Position numbers and translations under genes: made by a program. Below the pieces are notes generated by a model. That model had not been told where the DNA came from. It saw only the letters and a list, made by a program, of their open reading frames with translations, and made no database searches. Below are positions 50,610 through 60,954 of a DNA stretch of 64,000 nucleotides, one piece after another. The stretch is taken from contig CAVPOM010000012.1 of the NCBI GenBank assembly GCA_963707025.1, forward strand, positions 416,001-480,000, written 5' to 3'. Every line of letters begins with the position of its first letter. The first letter of the stretch is position 1. This stretch comes from an uncultured Verrucomicrobiae bacterium. Its GTDB lineage: Bacteria; Verrucomicrobiota; Verrucomicrobiia; Limisphaerales; Palsa-1400.

Positions 50610-51584
50610 ATGATTACCTATCGATCCCGTTTTCTGATCCGCGGGGAAGTTTGGTTCGACGACGAGCCGGATCACACCCGCGCGGTGGATTGGATGATCT
50701 ATCACCAGCGTTCCCAACCGGTTCCGGGAGCCAAGACGTCGCATTTCCACACCTACGTCATTGATCTGAAGCAGGGCCGTGAGCAACTGCTGGCCAATTT
50801 GAACAAGGACGCCGCCTACAAAATCCGGCGCGCCCGCGAGCGGGACCATATCCTCTGTGAATGTTGCGATCCGCGCGGGGAGGGTATCCTCGATCAGTTC
50901 GAGGAGATGTACAACACCTTCGCCACCCTCAAAGGCCTGGCCCCGCTGGACCGGCCACGCCTGGAGGGCATGGCCGCCGCAGGGGCGCTGGATTTGTCCG
51001 TCGCCAAAGCACCGCAAGGCAACGCCTTGGTGTATCACTCCTATTATCGCGATCACCGCCGAGCCAGGGCCTTGGAGTTGCCGTCTCTCTACCGGAACAT
51101 GGCGGACAGCGCGGCGCGGAACCTCATCGGCAGGGCCAACCGCTACCTGACCTGGAGTGACATGGTGCGATTCCAAGAGCAAGGATTGAAATGCTTTGAC
51201 TTCGGCGGCTGGTATCAGGGCGCCGATCCTGCCATGCTCAAGATCAATGACTTCAAAAGGGGCTTTGGCGGACAGGTCGTGCGTGAATACCAATGCGAAC
51301 GGATCCTGACCTTGAAGGGTTGGGTCGTGCTCCAGGCCGCCCGCCTGCTCAAACAGGCCAGACTGTTTCCGTCTGTGTCAAAGCAGCCGAGTGCCATCGC
51401 CCAACCAGATTTTGCTCACGGCTGCGCTTCGGTTTCAATGGATGAGCAAGACCGGGATCGGACGCGCCACCGTCCCGCGAGCCTCGAGGATTTCACCCAT
51501 GCCATACCCAAAAACCGCCCAGTATCTGCTGCGATTCGACGACCTCTGCCCGACCATGAATTGGGCGGTCTGGTCGGAGATTGA
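50610..51584 (+). CDS. FemABX/GNAT-like (aminoacyl)transferase
   Basis: TYVIDL...LNKDAAYKIRRA, ANRYLTWSDM...FDFGG...INDFKRGFGG. The tail overlaps the next gene by about 85 nt. Confidence 0.75.
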   Translation: MITYRSRFLIRGEVWFDDEPDHTRAVDWMIYHQRSQPVPGAKTSHFHTYVIDLKQGREQLLANLNKDAAYKIRRARERDHILCECCDPRGEGILDQFEEMYNTFATLKGLAPLDRPRLEGMAAAGALDLSVAKAPQGNALVYHSYYRDHRRARALELPSLYRNMADSAARNLIGRANRYLTWSDMVRFQEQGLKCFDFGGWYQGADPAMLKINDFKRGFGGQVVREYQCERILTLKGWVVLQAARLLKQARLFPSVSKQPSAIAQPDFAHGCASVSMDEQDRDRTRHRPASLEDFTHAIPKNRPVSAAIRRPLPDHELGGLVGD

Positions 51585-52338
51585 AGCGGCTTTGCTCGAG
51601 CATCGGCTCAAGCCCATCCTGGCGGTGGTTCCCGATAACCAGGACCCGGTGCTGCGGGTCGCTGCGCCAATACAAGATTTTTGGCAACGCGCGCGCCAAT
51701 GGCAAGCGCGCGGTTGGACTCTCGCCCTGCATGGATTTCAGCACAAATACACCGCCAGACGCAGCGGCCTCGTTACGCCCAGAAAGTTGACAGAATTCGC
51801 CGGCCTCCCGGCCGCGGAACAAGAGGAAAAGCTGCGGCGCGGCGCGGAGATCTTTGAGCGGCAGGGCATCAAACCCCGGGTCTGGATCGCGCCCAACGAC
51901 TCCTTTGATCGCACCACCGTTTCCCTGCTTGCTCAATTCGGCATTCGCATCATATGCGATGGCTATTTCCGCGTCCCATTCGTGTGCCGGCAGAAGATGG
52001 TTTGGATCCCACAGCAACTCTACGGCTTTCGCCCCGCTCCGCCCGGGGTTTGGACGGTGTGCTATCACCACAATCACTGGACCGCTTCTGACCTGGGCCG
52101 ATTTCGAAAGGACCTGATTTGGCACCGGCCTGACATCTGGTCGCTCGACCAAGTCACGCAGGCTTGGGCCGACCGACGATGGCGCGGGCCGGCCTGGCTC
52201 TATACATGGCCGCGTCTTTCCCAACTGGTGATCCGTTGCGAACTCAAACTCTGGGAGAAGTGGATCTCGATCCGAGACCAGCTCCGGCCGATCAAAAGTT
52301 CACCTCGACCTGCTGAACAAGGCGGCACTTTGAACTAA
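51499..52338 (+). CDS. DUF2334 / CE4-like polysaccharide deacetylase
   Basis: LLRFDDLCP, LAVVPDN, ALHGFQH, EFAGLP, WIAP. Confidence 0.82.
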   Translation: MPYPKTAQYLLRFDDLCPTMNWAVWSEIEAALLEHRLKPILAVVPDNQDPVLRVAAPIQDFWQRARQWQARGWTLALHGFQHKYTARRSGLVTPRKLTEFAGLPAAEQEEKLRRGAEIFERQGIKPRVWIAPNDSFDRTTVSLLAQFGIRIICDGYFRVPFVCRQKMVWIPQQLYGFRPAPPGVWTVCYHHNHWTASDLGRFRKDLIWHRPDIWSLDQVTQAWADRRWRGPAWLYTWPRLSQLVIRCELKLWEKWISIRDQLRPIKSSPRPAEQGGTLN

Positions 52339-52340
52339 GT

Positions 52341-54344
52341 ATGTGCGGTATTGCTGGATTCTGGGATGCGTGCGGCCGGGCTGGGTCGGCTGAACTGGAG
52401 CAGAGCGCCCTGCGCATGGCTTCGGCCCTGCAACATCGGGGGCCGGATGATCAAGGGACGTGGGCGGACGAGAATGCGTCTCTCGCGCTGGGGCATCGTC
52501 GTCTGGCCATCCTGGACCTCAGCCGTGAAGGCCACCAGCCCATGTTTTCGGCCGACCAGCGATTTGTGCTGGTTTTTAACGGAGAGATTTACAATTTCCA
52601 GGCCTTGCGAACTGCCTTGGAAGACCGGGGTCACGCTTTCCGCGGGCGATCCGATACGGAGGTCATGCTGGCCGCCTTTGGTGAATGGGGGCTCCGCCCG
52701 GCCCTTGAGCGGCTGGCCGGCATGTTCGCCTTCGCGCTGTGGGACCGGCGCTGTAGAAGGTTGCATCTGGCTCGCGATCGGGCGGGTGAAAAGCCGTTGT
52801 ATTATGGCTGGATCGGCGGCGCGTTCGTCTTCGGTTCGGAATTGAAAGCGCTCCGGGCCCATCCCCGATGGCGCGGGGAAATCAACCGCGGCGCTTTGGC
52901 GCTGCTGGTCCGCTATGGCTACATCCCGGTGCCCCACTGCATTTATGATCACATTCAGAAGTTGCCGCCGGGTTGCGTGCTGACCTTGACCGAGTCCCAT
53001 CTCCGGGCCTGGAGCACACCCGAGCCGGAGCCGTACTGGTCGGCGCAAGCCATGGCTGAAGCGGGGGCGGCCCATCCCTTCCGAGGCGGCGAAGATGAGG
53101 CGCGGGAACGGCTGCGGGCACTGTTGCTGGAGTCGGTCGAGCAGCAAATGGTCGCTGACGTGCCTCTGGGGGCCTTCCTTTCAGGCGGGATCAATTCCTC
53201 GCTCGTGGTCGCGCTCATGCAGACGCAAAGCCGGCGGGCCATCAAGACCTTCAGCATTGGATTCCAGCAGGAGAAGTTTAACGAGGCCCCCTTTGCCAAA
53301 GCCGTTGCCGCACACCTTGGCACCGACCACACGGAATTGTATGTCCAGGACTGTGACCTTCGGCGGGTCATTTCCCGGTTGCCCAACATCTATGATGAAC
53401 CCCTGGCCGATCCCTCCCAAATCCCGACCGTCCTGCTCTGCCGATTGGCAAGTGCCAACGTGAAGGTAAGTTTGTCAGGCGACGCGGGGGACGAGTTGTT
53501 CGGAGGCTACGATCATTATGACAAAGCCCGGCGCCTCTGGCGCGCGATGGGCCGGACACCCGGTCCGTTGCGCCAACACATGGCCCGCAGTTTGAAGTCC
53601 TTCTCCAGCGCCGGGCTGGAGCTGGCCACCGGCTCTGGGCGGGTCCGGCAAATTCTTAACCGCCTCTCCAATCTGGCGGACGTTCTGCCTGCGCCGAGTG
53701 ACCTCTGGCTTTACCATCTGCTGATGTCGCCCAACCGCGATCCCCGAGCGTGGTTGAAAGATGCAGATGAGCCGCCGACCCATTTTGAAGAGACGGCAAC
53801 CTGGGCGAGTTTGCCTGAGCCGTTGCAGCGAATGACGTATCTGGACTTCGTTACTTATCTGCCGGACGACATCCTGGTGAAAGTTGACCGCGCCGCCATG
53901 GCGGTCGGCCTGGAGACTCGTGTGCCCTTACTGGACCATCGCGTCATCGAACTTGCCTGGCGTCTTCCAGCTTCCTTCAAACAAAACAGGAGCCAAGGCA
54001 AATGGCTGCTGCGGCAAATCCTGCATCAGTATGTCCCGCCCGCCCTGGTGGACCGCCCAAAGAAAGGATTTGCGGCGCCGATTGCCGAATGGCTGCGCGG
54101 CCCGATGCGCGAGTGGGCTGAGCAACTCCTAGGCGAAACCCACCTGCGCCAGGAAGGGTTTTTCGATGCCCGCCAAATACGACGAAAGTGGCAGGAACAC
54201 CTGGCTCAAAAGCGGGATTGGTCGCCTGGACTCTGGCACGTGCTGATGTTTCAGGCTTGGCTGGAGGAGCAATCTGTTGCCCCGTGCTCAACGGATACGA
54301 ACACGCCCCCGGCTGCCCGGAACCTGATGGAAGCGCGGGTATGA
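52341..54344 (+). CDS. asnB: Asparagine synthase (glutamine-hydrolysing)-like amidotransferase
   Basis: MCGIAG, HRGPDD, FNGEIYN, GEKPLYY, SGDAGDELFGGY, KVDRAAM, RPKKGF. The PP-loop reads SGGINSS rather than SGGIDSS. Confidence 0.92.
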   Translation: MCGIAGFWDACGRAGSAELEQSALRMASALQHRGPDDQGTWADENASLALGHRRLAILDLSREGHQPMFSADQRFVLVFNGEIYNFQALRTALEDRGHAFRGRSDTEVMLAAFGEWGLRPALERLAGMFAFALWDRRCRRLHLARDRAGEKPLYYGWIGGAFVFGSELKALRAHPRWRGEINRGALALLVRYGYIPVPHCIYDHIQKLPPGCVLTLTESHLRAWSTPEPEPYWSAQAMAEAGAAHPFRGGEDEARERLRALLLESVEQQMVADVPLGAFLSGGINSSLVVALMQTQSRRAIKTFSIGFQQEKFNEAPFAKAVAAHLGTDHTELYVQDCDLRRVISRLPNIYDEPLADPSQIPTVLLCRLASANVKVSLSGDAGDELFGGYDHYDKARRLWRAMGRTPGPLRQHMARSLKSFSSAGLELATGSGRVRQILNRLSNLADVLPAPSDLWLYHLLMSPNRDPRAWLKDADEPPTHFEETATWASLPEPLQRMTYLDFVTYLPDDILVKVDRAAMAVGLETRVPLLDHRVIELAWRLPASFKQNRSQGKWLLRQILHQYVPPALVDRPKKGFAAPIAEWLRGPMREWAEQLLGETHLRQEGFFDARQIRRKWQEHLAQKRDWSPGLWHVLMFQAWLEEQSVAPCSTDTNTPPAARNLMEARV

Positions 54345-55627
54345 CGCAGATGATTTCAGCCTATAGCCCGACGAGCGTGGGCGGTTTGCCGCCGCCCGCG
54401 TGGACGGAATCCAGCGCGGTTCAGCCCGGTTCCGGTGGGCCGGCGAGCGCTGCGTTAAGACCCAACGTGTTGGTGCGTTGGGCCTTTTATCTGTCGGTGT
54501 TCTCAATCCCGTTGAGCCATCTCTATCTGCCCGGCACGGGTGGGAGAGTCGGTGTGCTCCGGTTGGTGCAGATGGTTCTCGTCTGCGCCGTCCTCTCCCA
54601 ACCCCGAATCTGTCTGCGCATGGCGCCAACGGCGCTGTTCTGGTTTCTGGCCTATGTCGCGCTGCGCATTCTGTGGGGCTTCTGGCTCACTCCGGAGATG
54701 TTCTCATTATGGTGGCCGAACAGTCGTGAATTCCTGGAATTTGTCCTGTGGCTCTGGGTGATGTTCAACGTGCTCCAGTTTCCTGAGACGCGCCGGGGCG
54801 GCTTGTGGGCTTTGGGTTTGGGCTGTGCGCTCTGCGCCTTGTTCCACCTTGCCGGGATCGGCGTGGCTGAAGTGGCCGACGATCCCAATGGTCGTTCATC
54901 CGTCTTTGGTTTGAATGCCAATGAGCTTGGCGCCACCTACGCCACGGCCGCGGTCGCCCTGCTCGGACTGTGGATGGTCCGGCCCGGCACCTGGACCCAA
55001 CGGCTTCTGCCCTTTCCGTTGATCGCTTTGATCGGAGTGGCCATGGCCAAAACGGGTTCCCGCACCGCCCTTCTAATCCTGGCTTTGGGCGTTTTCGTGC
55101 TGCTCCTTTTGGGCCATTCGTTCGGCTCAAGAACCAGACGTTTCGCCAGCCTGCTCGCGTTTGCAGCGGTCCTGAGCGCGATCATGTGGAGGATACCGAC
55201 TGTCATGGAACGGTTCGAAGAGATCAACCCGCAAAATATCGGCCAGGACAACCCTCGGGCACGCATGGCGCCTGTGCTGTGGGAGATGTTCCTGAGAAGC
55301 CCGATCTACGGATCAGGGCCGGATGGTTACGAATTCGAATTGACACGGCGGGCGATGCCGTATTTGATCAAACAGCAAGGGCTCATCGTCGCTCATAATC
55401 TCGCTCTGCTGTTGTTGGTCGAAACGGGAATCGCGGGACTGCTGCTTTTCTCCTTCGGCCTCAAGGCGGCCCTGGCGGCGGCCTGGAGGGCGAGGCTTAA
55501 TCCTTGCGGCTCGCTGCCTCTGGCTCTGCTGCTGCCGCTGGCCATCGCTGGCGCCACTGTCTGTAATCCAAGTCATCACATGGTCTTCTGGGTGGCCATG
55601 GCCTATGGGCTGGCCGGAGTGGCCTGA
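54341..55627 (+). CDS. O-antigen ligase/Wzy-type polymerase
   Basis: Multi-TM protein with NANELG, TGSRTA, RSPIYGSG and AHN...ETGIAG motifs. Confidence 0.82.
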   Translation: MTQMISAYSPTSVGGLPPPAWTESSAVQPGSGGPASAALRPNVLVRWAFYLSVFSIPLSHLYLPGTGGRVGVLRLVQMVLVCAVLSQPRICLRMAPTALFWFLAYVALRILWGFWLTPEMFSLWWPNSREFLEFVLWLWVMFNVLQFPETRRGGLWALGLGCALCALFHLAGIGVAEVADDPNGRSSVFGLNANELGATYATAAVALLGLWMVRPGTWTQRLLPFPLIALIGVAMAKTGSRTALLILALGVFVLLLLGHSFGSRTRRFASLLAFAAVLSAIMWRIPTVMERFEEINPQNIGQDNPRARMAPVLWEMFLRSPIYGSGPDGYEFELTRRAMPYLIKQQGLIVAHNLALLLLVETGIAGLLLFSFGLKAALAAAWRARLNPCGSLPLALLLPLAIAGATVCNPSHHMVFWVAMAYGLAGVA

Positions 55628-55638
55628 ATTTCGCTGCG

Positions 55639-56880
55639 ATGTCCGATCTCTCCATCAACTTAGGACGGCCGAGCGCCCGGACCCGCCCAGTGCGCGTTGC
55701 CGTCATCGCTTCCAGCCTGAGGTTGGCCGGGGCGGAGAAACAGACCGTTTATATGGCGCGAGCCTTGCTCGAGGCCGGGCTCCATGTGAGATTATTTTAC
55801 CTCGGCGCCGGCGGGCATTACGAAACTGTCTTGCGACAAACCGGCGTGCCCCTGTGCCAGATTTACACCCCGAACCGACCGTGGGTCATGCTGGCCTGCT
55901 TGATCGGGGCCTTATCTCGGTGGCGGCCCCAGATCGTCCTGGCGGCCCAATTCAGCGACTTGCTATACGGCGCCGCAGCCGGTCGTTGCTGCTATGCGCT
56001 GATTCTGGGAGGCGTAAGAAGCGATGGTCTGTACGAACTCAACTCTCATGGCCGCCTCAGCCGGTGGATGGTCCGCCTGACACATGGTCTGGTGGCCAAT
56101 TCCTGTCGCGCCAGACAAAATCTGGTCTCCCAAGGGGTCCACTCCCGAAGAATTGAAGTGCTGCCCAACGTCATTGACCTGCAAGATTTTGACCTGCGAA
56201 CCTCGCTGCCTTCCAGCGTTTCTCTGCCATCGGAACGCCTTATCGTGGCCGCCGTTGGCAGCCTCCACCCGTGCAAGCGGTTTGATCGTTTCCTGGAGGC
56301 GCTGGCGCTGGCGCGCCGCAGCGAGCCGGCGCTGGCGGGCGTCATTGCTGGAGCTGACTGCGGGCTCAAGGGGGAATTGCAGGCCAGAGCCAATGCCTTG
56401 GGCTTGGCCCCGCGCGATCTGGCGTTTCTGGGGGAGGTTGACACGGTTCCAGCCCTGCTTGCCCAATCTGCGATGCTCGTCCTAACCTCGGATTACGAGG
56501 GGTTTCCCAATGTCATTCTCGAGGCGATGGCGGCTCGGTTGCCGGTGATTTCGACTCCGGCTGGAGAGGCCGGTTCCATCATACAACATGGAAAAACCGG
56601 CTATGTCGTGGAGGCGGAGGACACCCGGAGCATGGCCGCATTCATGGTTCAATTGGCGCGATTGCCTGCGACGAGAAGGAACTTTGGCCAAGCAGGCCGC
56701 CAGCGCGTTGAGCAGGAATATAACTATCAATCGCTGGCGGATCGCCTTCTGGCTGCCTTTCATGGTTTTGCCCGCCAAGGGCGAAGATTCTCCTTGAGCG
56801 AAATGCTGGAGTGCAGCGTCCACGCCAAGTTCACCGAGACGCTTTCCGGGGATTTGTTACGCCAGCGGCCTGCAGTTTGA
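55639..56880 (+). CDS. GT4 glycosyltransferase
   Basis: GAEKQ; SDYEGFPNVILEAMAARLPVI. Confidence 0.92.
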   Translation: MSDLSINLGRPSARTRPVRVAVIASSLRLAGAEKQTVYMARALLEAGLHVRLFYLGAGGHYETVLRQTGVPLCQIYTPNRPWVMLACLIGALSRWRPQIVLAAQFSDLLYGAAAGRCCYALILGGVRSDGLYELNSHGRLSRWMVRLTHGLVANSCRARQNLVSQGVHSRRIEVLPNVIDLQDFDLRTSLPSSVSLPSERLIVAAVGSLHPCKRFDRFLEALALARRSEPALAGVIAGADCGLKGELQARANALGLAPRDLAFLGEVDTVPALLAQSAMLVLTSDYEGFPNVILEAMAARLPVISTPAGEAGSIIQHGKTGYVVEAEDTRSMAAFMVQLARLPATRRNFGQAGRQRVEQEYNYQSLADRLLAAFHGFARQGRRFSLSEMLECSVHAKFTETLSGDLLRQRPAV

Positions 56881-56929
56881 TTTCCCCGGCGTGCGGGTGC
56901 CGGCCCGCGAAAACTGTCACTACAATCTC

Positions 56930-58078
56930 ATGCGCAACTTATCCAGGTTGAAGGTCTGTTTTTTGGCCGGGACGCTGGAGCACGGTGGAGCCGAACGCCA
57001 ACTTTTTTATATCCTTCAGGCCCTCTGTCAGGCGGGAACCGCACCCCGATTGCTTTCATTGGATCAGGGCCAATTCTGGGAGGAGAGGATCAAGCGCCTG
57101 GGGGTTCCCGTCACCTGCGTGGGTGATCAACCCTCGCGCCTGAAGCGGCTTCTTCGCGTCCTGAAGGAAGTGCGCAAGGATCGGCCCGACGTGCTGCAGA
57201 GCCAGCATTTCTATGCCAATGCCTACGCCGGTCTGGCCGCGCGGCTCTGTCAGGCCGGCGGCATCGGCGCCATGCGCAACAACGGACGCACGGAAGTCAG
57301 TCAGAGTGGGCTTTTAGGAGGATGCCTCAATCTGCACTGCCCCGGAACATTGGCGGCAAACTCGCTCATGGCCATCCAATTCGCCATCGCTCAGGGCGTC
57401 CCTGCGTCGCGCCTCTATTTTCTGCCGAATGTGGTGGATACGGAGTGGTTCAAGCCGCCCGGCGATTTTCCCAAGGAACCATTGACGTGCCTCGCGGTGG
57501 GACGCTTGGTAAAACAGAAGCGGCTGGATCGGTTCATTACCATACTCGACCGTCTGCGCACGGCTTTTCACTTGAACGTCAGAGGGCTGATCGTCGGGCC
57601 AGGATGTCAAAACGAGGACTTGCGACCCGAGCTGGAACATCAGGCCCGGCGACTTGGTTTGTTGCCGGACTTCGTTCAATTCCGAGGCGGCGTCTCCGAC
57701 AGCCGAATGGTTTATCGCCAGGCAGCGGTTTGCGTTCTGACCTCGGATTATGAAGGCACACCCAATGTTTTGCTGGAGGCGATGGCCTCTGGTTTGCCCG
57801 TGGTGGCGGCCAGGGTGGGTGGAGTGCCCGATATTGTCCAACACGGGCAGACGGGCTATTTGCTCCAGCCCGACGATATCGAAGGATTCACGGCGGCCTT
57901 GGTTAAGTTGGTGAGCAGCTCCGAACTTAGAACCGAAATGGGGCGGCGTGCCCGGGCCTACGTGGAGGAGAACCATTCGCTGCGCCGGCTGCCCGCCTAT
58001 TTGGAAGGCCTCTACCAACTGGTTTTCCCGACCGCACGCCCTGCGAGCACCCCTGTTGCCGAAAGGGCCTCGATCTGA
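56930..58078 (+). CDS. GT4 glycosyltransferase
   Basis: GGAERQ; SDYEGTPNVLLEAMASGLPVV. Confidence 0.92.
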   Translation: MRNLSRLKVCFLAGTLEHGGAERQLFYILQALCQAGTAPRLLSLDQGQFWEERIKRLGVPVTCVGDQPSRLKRLLRVLKEVRKDRPDVLQSQHFYANAYAGLAARLCQAGGIGAMRNNGRTEVSQSGLLGGCLNLHCPGTLAANSLMAIQFAIAQGVPASRLYFLPNVVDTEWFKPPGDFPKEPLTCLAVGRLVKQKRLDRFITILDRLRTAFHLNVRGLIVGPGCQNEDLRPELEHQARRLGLLPDFVQFRGGVSDSRMVYRQAAVCVLTSDYEGTPNVLLEAMASGLPVVAARVGGVPDIVQHGQTGYLLQPDDIEGFTAALVKLVSSSELRTEMGRRARAYVEENHSLRRLPAYLEGLYQLVFPTARPASTPVAERASI

Positions 58079-58127
58079 TCCGGACCACCGTCGCCGCCTC
58101 AGGATGGTGAGTAGCACAGGACTTCAC

Positions 58128-59057
58128 ATGTTTCACTTTGTGACGTCGTTTCTTCTGGCGCTGGCCAGCAAGTTGCAGCGGGGAGGGATCATTGTGAACG
58201 GACATACCCTCACGCGCAGTCAGACGCGCCGGCAAATAAAGACGCTGGGCCGGTGGTTCGACTTTATCCGCCTGGAAGAACTCCCGCGCCATTTGATCCG
58301 AGAGGGCGGACGCCCCTTCTGTCTGCTCACCTTTGATGATGGCAAGCGCAACAATTTCACGGAGATCGCGCCCGAACTGGAACAAGGACGCGTGCCGGCC
58401 GTCTTTTACGTCACCACCGAGCCTCTCTCGACGGGGACTTGCCTTTGGTTTGATCGGCACAGCCGTTTGGTGAAGCAACTGGGCTATTGTCCAATCGGCC
58501 TCGAACTCCCGACTCTGAAACAGCTCCCCTTCGACATCCTGATGGACCATTTGGACCGTGCCTGTGCGCACTATGGCTTCACGCCCAGCCACGAATCGGA
58601 CAACTTCCTGCCCATGTCTTGGGAGCAGGCGCGGGATTTGGGCCGACGGGGTTTTACCATCGGCGCCCATGGTCTGACCCACGCCATTCTGACCCGAGAG
58701 ACCCAAGACAAAGCCTTCGCGGAAATCGAAGGCAGCCTGGCCAAAGTAAGCTCTGAACTGGGCCGCCCTTGCACCACTTTCGCTTTTCCCAACGGCAATT
58801 ACACGCCGGAATTGGCCCGGCATGCATTTCGCTGCGGGGCCACCACCGCCATGACGACCGAGCCAATGTGGGTGGATAACCGGTCGCCCTTCTGGCGGCT
58901 GCCCCGCATCCAGCTCTTTGGAGGGTTTGTTGAAGCCAGCATTGAACTCAAGATCGCGTTGGCGGCGTTGCGCGGAGTGTTAGCCAATCCAGACGGCTCA
59001 GGACGGACCTACCGACAGGCCGATCAACAAAGCGAACAAAGAATGCCCTGGACCTGA
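58128..59057 (+). CDS. NodB/CE4 polysaccharide deacetylase
   Basis: LTFDDG, IGAHGLTH, FAFPNG, LPRI. Start is 58104 or 58128. Confidence 0.88.
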   Translation: MFHFVTSFLLALASKLQRGGIIVNGHTLTRSQTRRQIKTLGRWFDFIRLEELPRHLIREGGRPFCLLTFDDGKRNNFTEIAPELEQGRVPAVFYVTTEPLSTGTCLWFDRHSRLVKQLGYCPIGLELPTLKQLPFDILMDHLDRACAHYGFTPSHESDNFLPMSWEQARDLGRRGFTIGAHGLTHAILTRETQDKAFAEIEGSLAKVSSELGRPCTTFAFPNGNYTPELARHAFRCGATTAMTTEPMWVDNRSPFWRLPRIQLFGGFVEASIELKIALAALRGVLANPDGSGRTYRQADQQSEQRMPWT

Positions 59058-59060
59058 TCT

Positions 59061-60164
59061 ATGACAACATCCCAATCAAATCCCTTGGTTTCAATCGTGC
59101 TGCCCTGTCGCAATGAGCAGGGTTACATCCAGGCCTGCCTGCAATCCATTCTCCAGCAGGAGCCGCCGGCGGGTGGCCTCGAAATCCTGGTCGCGGACGG
59201 GATGTCAACCGATGGCACGCGCGAATACTTGCAGCAGATTGCCAGGGAGCAGCCCCAAATCCGTGTCCTTGACAATCCTGGCCGCATTGTCTCCACGGGG
59301 CTGAACGCCGCCATCAGAGCTGCCCGGGGCGAAATCATCGTGCGCATGGACGCCCACACGATCTATGCGCCGGACTATGTGCGGCAGTGCCTGGCCGTGC
59401 TGAGTGAAACCGGGGCCGACAATGTGGGCGGGCCGATGCAGACCACCGCCACGACGATTATGGAACGAGCGATTCGCGCCGTGTTTCATTCCACCTGCGC
59501 GGTGGGCGGAGCACGCTCCCATCAAGCCGGCTATGAGGGCTATGTGGACACCGTCATTTACGGTTGCTGGAACAAGGCGGTCTTTGAACGCATCGGCAAT
59601 TTTGACGAAGAATTAGTCCGCAACCAGGATGACGAGCACAATCTGCGCCTCGTGCGGGCGGGCGGTAAGATTTATCAGTCCACGCGCATTCGCAGTTGGT
59701 ATCATGTGCGAGGCTCGTTGCAGGCTCTGTTCCGTCAGTATATGCAATACGGCTACTGGAAAGTTCTGGTCATTCGAAGGCATCACACGCCCGCTTCCTG
59801 GCGGCACGTGGTGCCCGGAACTTTTCTGGCCTGTCTTTGCCTGCTGGCAGCCTTGGGCTTATTCTGGACTCCGGCATGGTGGGGGGCGGTCGCGCTGGCA
59901 GTCCTCTACGCTGCCACCGCTCTGGCCGCCGCGGTGGTCATCGCGGCTCGCACATCCTGGATCTTGCTCCCCGTCCTCCCGGTGGTCCTGGGCTGCTTCC
60001 ATTTCGGTTATGGATACGGATTCCTGCGCGGCATTCTAGATTTTGTGGTTCTGAATAATGCGCCTGAAGCGAAGTTTGTTCAATTAACCAGGGAACGCTC
60101 TCGCAAGCTGGGCCGTGCCTCGGCCCTTAAATCGAATGGGTCGCCTGGCACCGGGCAGCTCTGA
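59061..60164 (+). CDS. GT2 glycosyltransferase (ExoA-like)
   Basis: PCRNE, DGMSTDGT, RMDAH, RNQDDE, QYMQYGYWK, C-terminal TMs. Confidence 0.92.
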   Translation: MTTSQSNPLVSIVLPCRNEQGYIQACLQSILQQEPPAGGLEILVADGMSTDGTREYLQQIAREQPQIRVLDNPGRIVSTGLNAAIRAARGEIIVRMDAHTIYAPDYVRQCLAVLSETGADNVGGPMQTTATTIMERAIRAVFHSTCAVGGARSHQAGYEGYVDTVIYGCWNKAVFERIGNFDEELVRNQDDEHNLRLVRAGGKIYQSTRIRSWYHVRGSLQALFRQYMQYGYWKVLVIRRHHTPASWRHVVPGTFLACLCLLAALGLFWTPAWWGAVALAVLYAATALAAAVVIAARTSWILLPVLPVVLGCFHFGYGYGFLRGILDFVVLNNAPEAKFVQLTRERSRKLGRASALKSNGSPGTGQL

Positions 60165-60213
60165 CCACGGACGGCTTGCCGAAAGTCACCAATCACGAGA
60201 ATTTGATTGCCCC

Positions 60214-60915
60214 ATGCAAACCAGCCTCGAAGTTGATCGCCTTAGGAAAGTTTACCGCTTCTACGCGCTGCGCGGATTCGGACAATCGAAATGGTCGCTG
60301 GCCAACAAGGGTAACCAAGCCATCCTGGAGGAATGTCTTCTCAGAATCCGCGCGAGTTTGCAGAACTCCGGTTTTTTCCCGCTGGATGAGAGGCAAATCC
60401 TCGATGTCGGTTGCGGCACAGGACAACGCCTGGCGGCGTTCGCCGATTTGGGAGCCAAGCCGGAACACCTGTTTGGGGTTGATTTGATCGCCGATCGCAT
60501 CAACGTGGCGCGGCAGCACCACCCGCGGATCACCTTTCAATTGGCCAATGCGGAGGCTTTGCCCTTTGCCGATGGCACTTTTGATCTGGTGACGGTCTTC
60601 ACGGTGTTCAGTTCGATTCTCCATGCCCGCATGGCGGCCAATGTCGGCCTCGAAATCAATCGTGTCCTCAGGCGCGGTGGCGCTGTCCTCTGGTACGATT
60701 TCAGGATGCATAACCCATGGAACCGGCATGTCCGCGGCATCTCACGCCACCGGATTCAGAATCTGTTTCCTGGCTTCAAGACAGACCTGGAGACCATCTC
60801 CTTGCTGCCGCCGCTGGCGCGGCGCCTGGGACGGCTGACCAAACTGCTCTATTCTCCTCTCAGTTCACTGCCATTGCTACGGAGCCATTATTTGGGAGTG
60901 CTGACCAAGCCGTGA
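60214..60915 (+). CDS. Class I SAM-dependent methyltransferase
   Basis: ILDVGCGTG, GVDL, LPFADGTFDLV. Confidence 0.9.
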   Translation: MQTSLEVDRLRKVYRFYALRGFGQSKWSLANKGNQAILEECLLRIRASLQNSGFFPLDERQILDVGCGTGQRLAAFADLGAKPEHLFGVDLIADRINVARQHHPRITFQLANAEALPFADGTFDLVTVFTVFSSILHARMAANVGLEINRVLRRGGAVLWYDFRMHNPWNRHVRGISRHRIQNLFPGFKTDLETISLLPPLARRLGRLTKLLYSPLSSLPLLRSHYLGVLTKP

Positions 60916-60954
60916 CTAACCGGAGGTTCATTCCATTTCGTTCATAAAAACATT

